Of a stretch of 64,000 nt of DNA, positions 57,953-64,000 are shown in pieces. A model generated the notes under the pieces. That model did not search any database and was not told the origin of the DNA. It saw only the letters and a program-made list of their open reading frames with translations. Origin of the DNA: Escherichia coli. GTDB taxonomy: Bacteria; Pseudomonadota; Gammaproteobacteria; Enterobacterales; Enterobacteriaceae. The DNA is taken from the NCBI RefSeq assembly GCF_009931435.1, contig NZ_CP043414.1. One strand, given 5' to 3'. The translations under genes and the position numbers were made by a program. The stretch's first letter is position 1; every line of letters starts with the position of its first letter.

Positions 57953-59051
57953 ATGTTTGAAATTAATCCGGTAAATAATCGCATTCAGGACCTCACGGAA
58001 CGCTCCGACGTTCTTAGGGGGTATCTTTGACTATGACGCCAAGAAAGAGCGTCTGGAAGAAGTAAACGCCGAGCTGGAACAGCCGGATGTCTGGAACGAA
58101 CCCGAACGCGCACAGGCGCTGGGTAAAGAGCGTTCCTCCCTCGAAGCCGTTGTCGACACCCTCGACCAAATGAAACAGGGGCTGGAAGATGTTTCTGGTC
58201 TGCTGGAGCTGGCTGTAGAAGCTGACGACGAAGAAACCTTTAACGAAGCCGTTGCTGAACTCGACGCCCTGGAAGAAAAACTGGCGCAGCTTGAGTTCCG
58301 TCGTATGTTCTCTGGCGAATATGATAGCGCCGACTGCTACCTCGATATTCAGGCAGGTTCTGGCGGTACGGAAGCACAGGACTGGGCGAGCATGCTTGAG
58401 CGTATGTATCTGCGCTGGGCTGAATCGCGTGGTTTCAAAACTGAAATTATCGAAGAGTCGGAAGGTGAAGTGGCGGGTATTAAATCCGTGACTATCAAAA
58501 TCTCCGGCGATTACGCTTACGGCTGGCTGCGTACAGAAACTGGCGTTCACCGCCTGGTGCGTAAGAGCCCGTTTGACTCCGGCGGTCGTCGCCACACGTC
58601 GTTCAGCTCCGCGTTTGTTTACCCGGAAGTCGATGATGATATCGATATCGAAATCAATCCGGCGGATCTGCGCATCGACGTTTATCGCGCATCCGGCGCG
58701 GGTGGTCAGCACGTTAACCGTACCGAATCTGCGGTGCGTATTACTCACATCCCAACCGGGATCGTGACCCAGTGCCAGAACGACCGTTCCCAGCACAAGA
58801 ATAAAGACCAGGCCATGAAGCAGATGAAAGCGAAGCTTTATGAACTGGAGATGCAGAAGAAAAATGCCGAGAAACAGGCGATGGAAGATAACAAATCCGA
58901 CATCGGCTGGGGCAGCCAGATTCGTTCTTATGTCCTTGATGACTCCCGCATTAAAGATCTGCGCACCGGGGTAGAAACCCGCAACACGCAGGCCGTGCTG
59001 GACGGCAGCCTGGATCAATTTATCGAAGCAAGTTTGAAAGCAGGGTTATGA
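57953..59051 (+). CDS. prfB: peptide chain release factor 2 (requires +1 frameshift at 58025-58029)
   Basis: Frame 0 runs 57953-58027 (25 codons) into in-frame TGA; the +1 frame continues 58029-59051; together 365 aa; GGQ motif ([11 protein letters not shown]). Confidence 0.95.
58016..58031 (+). other. prfB programmed +1 frameshift site with internal Shine-Dalgarno
   Basis: AGGGGG TAT CTT TGA C: SD-like AGGGGG 3 nt upstream of the CUU-UGA slippery site. Confidence 0.9.
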
Positions 59052-59060
59052 GGAACCAAC

Positions 59061-60578
59061 ATGTCTGAACAACACGCACAGGGCGCTGACGCGGTAGTCG
59101 ATCTTAACAATGAACTGAAAACGCGTCGTGAGAAGCTGGCGAACCTGCGCGAGCAGGGGATTGCCTTCCCGAACGATTTCCGTCGCGATCATACCTCTGA
59201 CCAATTGCACGCAGAATTCGACGGTAAAGAGAACGAAGAACTGGAAGCGCTGAACATCGAAGTTGCCGTTGCTGGCCGCATGATGACCCGTCGTATTATG
59301 GGTAAAGCCTCCTTCGTTACTCTGCAGGACGTTGGCGGCCGCATTCAGCTGTACGTTGCCCGTGACGATTTACCGGAAGGCGTTTACAACGATCAATTCA
59401 AAAAATGGGATCTCGGCGATATCCTCGGCGCGAAAGGTAAACTGTTCAAAACCAAAACGGGTGAACTGTCTATCCACTGTACCGAGCTGCGTCTGCTGAC
59501 CAAAGCACTGCGTCCGCTGCCGGACAAATTCCACGGTTTGCAGGATCAGGAAGCGCGCTATCGTCAGCGTTATCTGGATCTCATTTCTAACGATGAATCC
59601 CGCAACACCTTTAAAGTGCGTTCGCAGATCCTCTCTGGCATTCGCCAGTTCATGGTGAATCGTGGCTTTATGGAAGTTGAAACGCCGATGATGCAGGTGA
59701 TCCCAGGCGGCGCGGCGGCGCGTCCGTTTATCACCCATCACAATGCGCTGGATCTCGACATGTACCTGCGTATCGCGCCGGAACTGTACCTCAAGCGTCT
59801 GGTGGTTGGTGGCTTCGAGCGTGTATTCGAAATCAACCGTAACTTCCGTAACGAAGGTATTTCCGTACGTCATAACCCAGAGTTCACCATGATGGAACTC
59901 TATATGGCTTACGCGGATTACAAAGATCTGATCGAGCTGACCGAATCGCTGTTCCGTACTCTGGCACAGGATATTCTCGGTAAGACGGAAGTGACCTACG
60001 GCGACGTGACGCTGGACTTCGGTAAACCGTTCGAAAAACTGACCATGCGTGAAGCGATCAAGAAATATCGCCCGGAAACCGACATGGCGGATCTGGACAA
60101 CTTCGACTCTGCGAAAGCGATTGCTGAATCTATCGGCATCCACGTTGAGAAGAGCTGGGGTCTGGGCCGTATCGTTACCGAGATCTTCGAAGAAGTGGCA
60201 GAAGCACATCTGATTCAGCCGACCTTCATTACTGAATATCCGGCAGAAGTTTCTCCGCTGGCGCGTCGTAATGACGTTAACCCGGAAATCACTGACCGCT
60301 TTGAGTTCTTCATTGGTGGTCGTGAAATCGGTAACGGTTTTAGCGAGCTGAATGACGCGGAAGATCAGGCGCAGCGCTTCCTGGATCAGGTTGCCGCGAA
60401 AGACGCAGGCGACGACGAAGCGATGTTCTACGACGAAGATTATGTCACCGCACTGGAACACGGCTTACCGCCGACAGCAGGTCTGGGAATTGGTATCGAC
60501 CGTATGGTAATGCTGTTCACCAACAGCCATACCATCCGCGACGTTATTCTGTTCCCGGCGATGCGTCCGGTGAAATAA
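59061..60578 (+). CDS. lysS: lysyl-tRNA synthetase (constitutive)
   Basis: 505 aa. Confidence 0.97.
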   Translation: MSEQHAQGADAVVDLNNELKTRREKLANLREQGIAFPNDFRRDHTSDQLHAEFDGKENEELEALNIEVAVAGRMMTRRIMGKASFVTLQDVGGRIQLYVARDDLPEGVYNDQFKKWDLGDILGAKGKLFKTKTGELSIHCTELRLLTKALRPLPDKFHGLQDQEARYRQRYLDLISNDESRNTFKVRSQILSGIRQFMVNRGFMEVETPMMQVIPGGAAARPFITHHNALDLDMYLRIAPELYLKRLVVGGFERVFEINRNFRNEGISVRHNPEFTMMELYMAYADYKDLIELTESLFRTLAQDILGKTEVTYGDVTLDFGKPFEKLTMREAIKKYRPETDMADLDNFDSAKAIAESIGIHVEKSWGLGRIVTEIFEEVAEAHLIQPTFITEYPAEVSPLARRNDVNPEITDRFEFFIGGREIGNGFSELNDAEDQAQRFLDQVAAKDAGDDEAMFYDEDYVTALEHGLPPTAGLGIGIDRMVMLFTNSHTIRDVILFPAMRPVK

Positions 60579-60596
60579 GCATTACGTTATGCTCAC

Positions 60597-60624
60597 AACC
60601 CCGGCAAATGTCGGGGTTTTTTAT
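60597..60624 (+). terminator. rho-independent terminator of lysS (overlaps idi stop)
   Basis: aaccccgg-caaatgt-cggggtt followed by ttttt. Confidence 0.8.
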
Positions 60625-61169
60625 TTAAGCTGGGTAAATGCAGATAATCGTTTTCTGGCTTCGCGATTTGTCGCCTGCATCACCATCCACGGACTGAACG
60701 CCCACGGCGTGGCATCAATACCGCGTAAAACCGCTGCTAAATCACACCATTGATAATCCATCACTTCATCATCGTTGATCTGTAACGCACTGGTCGTGCG
60801 TGCGGCAAATACCGGACATACTTCATTTTCTACAATGCCATTCGGATCGGTGGCGCGGTAGCGAAAGTCAGGATAGACCGGTTCTGGTGCTGTTATTTCC
60901 ACACCCAGTTCAAAGCGGCAACGGCGGATCACCGCGTATTCGTTGCTTTCGCCCAGTTGTGGGTGCCCACAAACCGAGTTAGTCCACACGCCCGGCCATG
61001 CTTTTTTGCTAAGGGCGCGGCGGGTAACTAATAATTGCCCTTTGGCATTAAACAGCCAGCAGGAGAACGCGAGATGTAAGAGAGTGTCTGCCGTGTGTGC
61101 GGCATACTTTTCCAGCGTACCCGTGGGAACTCCCTGTGCATTCAATAAAATGACGTGTTCCGTTTGCAT
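60621..61169 (-). CDS. idi: isopentenyl-diphosphate delta-isomerase
   Basis: 182 aa; Nudix-like fold. Confidence 0.95.
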   Translation of the reverse strand: MQTEHVILLNAQGVPTGTLEKYAAHTADTLLHLAFSCWLFNAKGQLLVTRRALSKKAWPGVWTNSVCGHPQLGESNEYAVIRRCRFELGVEITAPEPVYPDFRYRATDPNGIVENEVCPVFAARTTSALQINDDEVMDYQWCDLAAVLRGIDATPWAFSPWMVMQATNREARKRLSAFTQLK

Positions 61170-61417
61170 AATTTCTCACATGTAATTCTAATCACTCATC
61201 ATTATAGATAATTGAAGAGTGAAATGATTAACCAAGTGAGCGTTTATCGACAACCGCCCGTTTTGAGCGGATGTCGACAGGTAAAACCATTTAAAAAAGC
61301 AGCATCATATATTTGAAGCGACTTTCAATGGCCATTGCAACACAGTCAGAAATGACAGGAATAGAGAGAGTAAAAAGCAACAACAGACTGAATATAGCGC
61401 GCATTAAAAGATTCATA

Positions 61418-62866
61418 TTATTCTCCATGCTCATTTTTCTTCAGCTTGCGCATCAGAAGCCACATACGTACTGTCCTGACTTTTAAATCTTTATCAGAGA
61501 CGGATTCCTTCACCAGATCAGCATGATGCTGATAGCCATTAAAGAAGACGTTCAGCACAACGGCGCTAAGGGTTGCGAGCATAATGCCGCTATGCAGCAA
61601 CGGTTGCAGTACGGCCGGTAACTTAGAAAAGAAATCGTGTGAGAGCGTCGGAGTCATGCCAACGCCGAGACTGATCGCCACAATATAGAGGTTGTAACGG
61701 TTAGTGGTGTAGTTACAGCGCGACAGAATTCGAATCCCCGTCGCCAGTACCATGCCGAACATCACCAGCCCTGCGCCGCCAAGCACAAATTGCGGAATCG
61801 AGGCTACCAGCACCGCCATTTTGGGCACCATGCCAAACATGATTAATATGATCCCCGAAGAAATACACACCCAGCGACTATGAACGCGAGTCACGCTAAC
61901 CAGGCCAACGTTTTGAGAAAATGACGTGTGGGGGAAGCTGTTAAACGTTCCGCCTATCATTGTCCCTACACCATCGACACGCAGCCCGCGAATAATATCG
62001 TGCGAAGAGAGTTTACGACCGACTATTTCACCCAGTGCCAGGAACATCCCCATCGACTCGATAAACACGATGATTAACACAGCGGTCATGGTTAGAATAG
62101 AAACGGGGTCAAATACCGGCATACCAAACGACATTGGGGTGACAATCGCAAACCACGAAGCATCATGTAGCCCGGACAAATTGACTTCATTCATCATCCA
62201 CGAAAGTAAAAAGCCAAATACAATCCCCAGTAATACGGCGACGTTGGACATAAATCCTTTCGCATAGCGAGTAATGAGCAAGATAAAAATTAAGACGGCA
62301 AAGGAGATACCTAAATAAACGGGATTACCATATTGCGGATTCCCTTTACCTCCAGCGGCCCAGTCAATACCGACCTGAATAATGCTAAGCCCGATAGAAG
62401 TAATAACCACACCGGTAACCAGTGGCGGGAATAAAGGCATTAAGCGACCGATAAGTGGTGCTAATAATGTGGTGATAAATCCCGCGGCGATAGTGGCACC
62501 AAATATCCCCAGCAGGCCGATATCCGGGTTCATGCCAATGGCTATCATTGGTGTTACAGCAGCAAAGGTTACCGACATAATCACCGGCAGACGGATCCCC
62601 ATAAAGCGGCCGATACCGATACATTGTAATAATGTGACGATCCCGCAGCAAAAGAGATCCGAGCTAATGAGCATCGCAATAGCTTCTTTTGAGAGGCCCA
62701 GTCGGTCACCAATCATAAGAGGAACAGCGACTGCACCTGCGTACATTACAAGGACGTGTTGCAGACCGAGTATGATCAGCTTTCCTGGTGATAATATGCG
62801 GTCAACCTCATCAGTTGGGCGGTCTTGCCCTGAAGATGAGGGAAGTTGGGAATCTATGGCGCTCAT
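61418..62866 (-). CDS. uacT: nucleobase:cation symporter-2 family transporter (uric acid permease)
   Basis: 482 aa from MSAIDSQLPSSSG; AAGGAG upstream; the ORF-track version has a 43-codon upstream extension. Confidence 0.9.
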   Translation of the reverse strand: MSAIDSQLPSSSGQDRPTDEVDRILSPGKLIILGLQHVLVMYAGAVAVPLMIGDRLGLSKEAIAMLISSDLFCCGIVTLLQCIGIGRFMGIRLPVIMSVTFAAVTPMIAIGMNPDIGLLGIFGATIAAGFITTLLAPLIGRLMPLFPPLVTGVVITSIGLSIIQVGIDWAAGGKGNPQYGNPVYLGISFAVLIFILLITRYAKGFMSNVAVLLGIVFGFLLSWMMNEVNLSGLHDASWFAIVTPMSFGMPVFDPVSILTMTAVLIIVFIESMGMFLALGEIVGRKLSSHDIIRGLRVDGVGTMIGGTFNSFPHTSFSQNVGLVSVTRVHSRWVCISSGIILIMFGMVPKMAVLVASIPQFVLGGAGLVMFGMVLATGIRILSRCNYTTNRYNLYIVAISLGVGMTPTLSHDFFSKLPAVLQPLLHSGIMLATLSAVVLNVFFNGYQHHADLVKESVSDKDLKVRTVRMWLLMRKLKKNEHGE

Positions 62867-63300
62867 CAGTGTTTCTCCTTTCGCCCGCCAGAGTAAAAAG
62901 CAACCGTTTACGTTCATGAAACTGTTTAAACACATGCTCGTGGAGTGCCAGTTTTTGCAAGGAAGGGGAGTTAGAGACAGGAATTGCGGAGGCAATCACA
63001 TAATCGTGATTAAACTACGAAAATGAGAAGAGAACCAGACAGTGGAATTATCTGCAATTTTCTCATATTGATATTTTATTAATCATTCTGGCATGTAGCT
63101 CTCTCGCATTTAATCAAGTTTATCTGGATAGCTCTCTTTTGGACCTTGATGTTGAAATAATGAAAGCGGCACAGATTGAGGGGTAATAATTTGAACTTAG
63201 TCACAAACTTATAATTAAAAAGTCATTCTACCTAATATATGCCCGTTTATTGCATCGCGAACTTTGAGAAGACATAACTCATTAAATGAAAGGGATGCAA

Positions 63301-64000
63301 ATGAATAAGTTTATCGCTGCTGAAGCTGCGGAATGTATAGGCTGTCATGCTTGTGAAATTGCCTGTGCGGTGGCACACAATCAAGAAAACTGGCCGCTGA
63401 GTCACAGTGACTTTCGACCGCGTATCCACGTTGTAGGGAAAGGCCAGGCTGCGAATCCGGTGGCCTGTCATCACTGCAACAATGCTCCTTGCGTTACGGC
63501 TTGTCCGGTTAATGCTCTGACTTTCCAGCCCGATAGCGTACAACTGGACGAGCAAAAATGTATTGGTTGTAAAAGATGCGCAATCGCTTGCCCCTTTGGC
63601 GTCGTTGAGATGGTCGATACGATTGCGCAGAAATGCGACCTTTGTAACCAGCGCAGTTCCGGCACGCAAGCCTGTATTGACGTATGCCCAACACAGGCGT
63701 TACGGCTGATGGACGATAAAGGGTTGCAGCAGATAAAGGTGGCCCGCCAGCGCAAAACGGCAGCAGGAAAAGCGTCATCAGACGCTCAGCCATCTCGCAG
63801 TGCAGCGTTGCTCCCCGTTAACTCGCGTAAAGGCGCAGATAAAATTTCAGCGAGTGAACGGAAAACCCACTTTGGCGAAATTTATTGCGGGCTGGATCCA
63901 CAACAAGCGACTTATGAGAGTGACCGCTGTGTTTATTGCGCCGAAAAAGCTAACTGCAACTGGCATTGCCCGCTGCATAACGCTATTCCGGATTACATCC
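63301..64000 (+). CDS. ygfT: fused ferredoxin-like / pyridine-nucleotide oxidoreductase (AegA paralog); 3' end outside window
   Basis: ATG 63301 with AAGGGA upstream; CIGCHACEIAC and CIGCKRCAIACP 4Fe-4S cluster motifs; open to the window end. Confidence 0.8.
   Translation, partial: MNKFIAAEAAECIGCHACEIACAVAHNQENWPLSHSDFRPRIHVVGKGQAANPVACHHCNNAPCVTACPVNALTFQPDSVQLDEQKCIGCKRCAIACPFGVVEMVDTIAQKCDLCNQRSSGTQACIDVCPTQALRLMDDKGLQQIKVARQRKTAAGKASSDAQPSRSAALLPVNSRKGADKISASERKTHFGEIYCGLDPQQATYESDRCVYCAEKANCNWHCPLHNAIPDYI

Noticed and set aside
58014-59018. 334-codon ORF antisense to prfB
   Set aside because: Antisense artefact; prfB is unambiguous on the plus strand.
59370-60461. 363-codon ORF antisense to lysS
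   Set aside because: Antisense artefact within a core aminoacyl-tRNA synthetase gene.

Overview
This window reads as Escherichia coli-type chromosome. Gene order and protein sequences match, from memory, the K-12 tktA / epd-pgk-fbaA / sbm-argK / serA-rpiA / gcvTHP / recJ-prfB-lysS-idi region, in reverse orientation; no database search was possible. It holds about 60 protein genes, 6S RNA (ssrS), an ibs/sib type I toxin-antitoxin locus, two ERIC elements and four BIME/REP clusters. I saw no tRNA, rRNA, CRISPR array, IS element, integrase or phage genes. Three blocks look accessory relative to the K-12 arrangement as I remember it: (1) a sigma54-dependent mannose-family PTS operon resembling Salmonella dgaR-dgaABCDEF (1-7122); (2) an orphan SPFH/band-7 gene with an AT-rich upstream region between tktA and cmtB (10424-11707); (3) a five-gene operon encoding a PPC/DUF296 protein plus an ECF-type transporter (S, T and two ATPases, one with a degenerate signature) between yggC and epd (17034-20110). 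The ECF module and the orphan SPFH gene are the best candidates for an uncharacterised system, but neither is a strong case for something truly undescribed; the rest is ordinary core genome. A recurring structural pattern is that three BIME clusters sit between duplicated copies of a terminator hairpin. Gene starts were re-derived where the ORF track over-extended the N-terminus.
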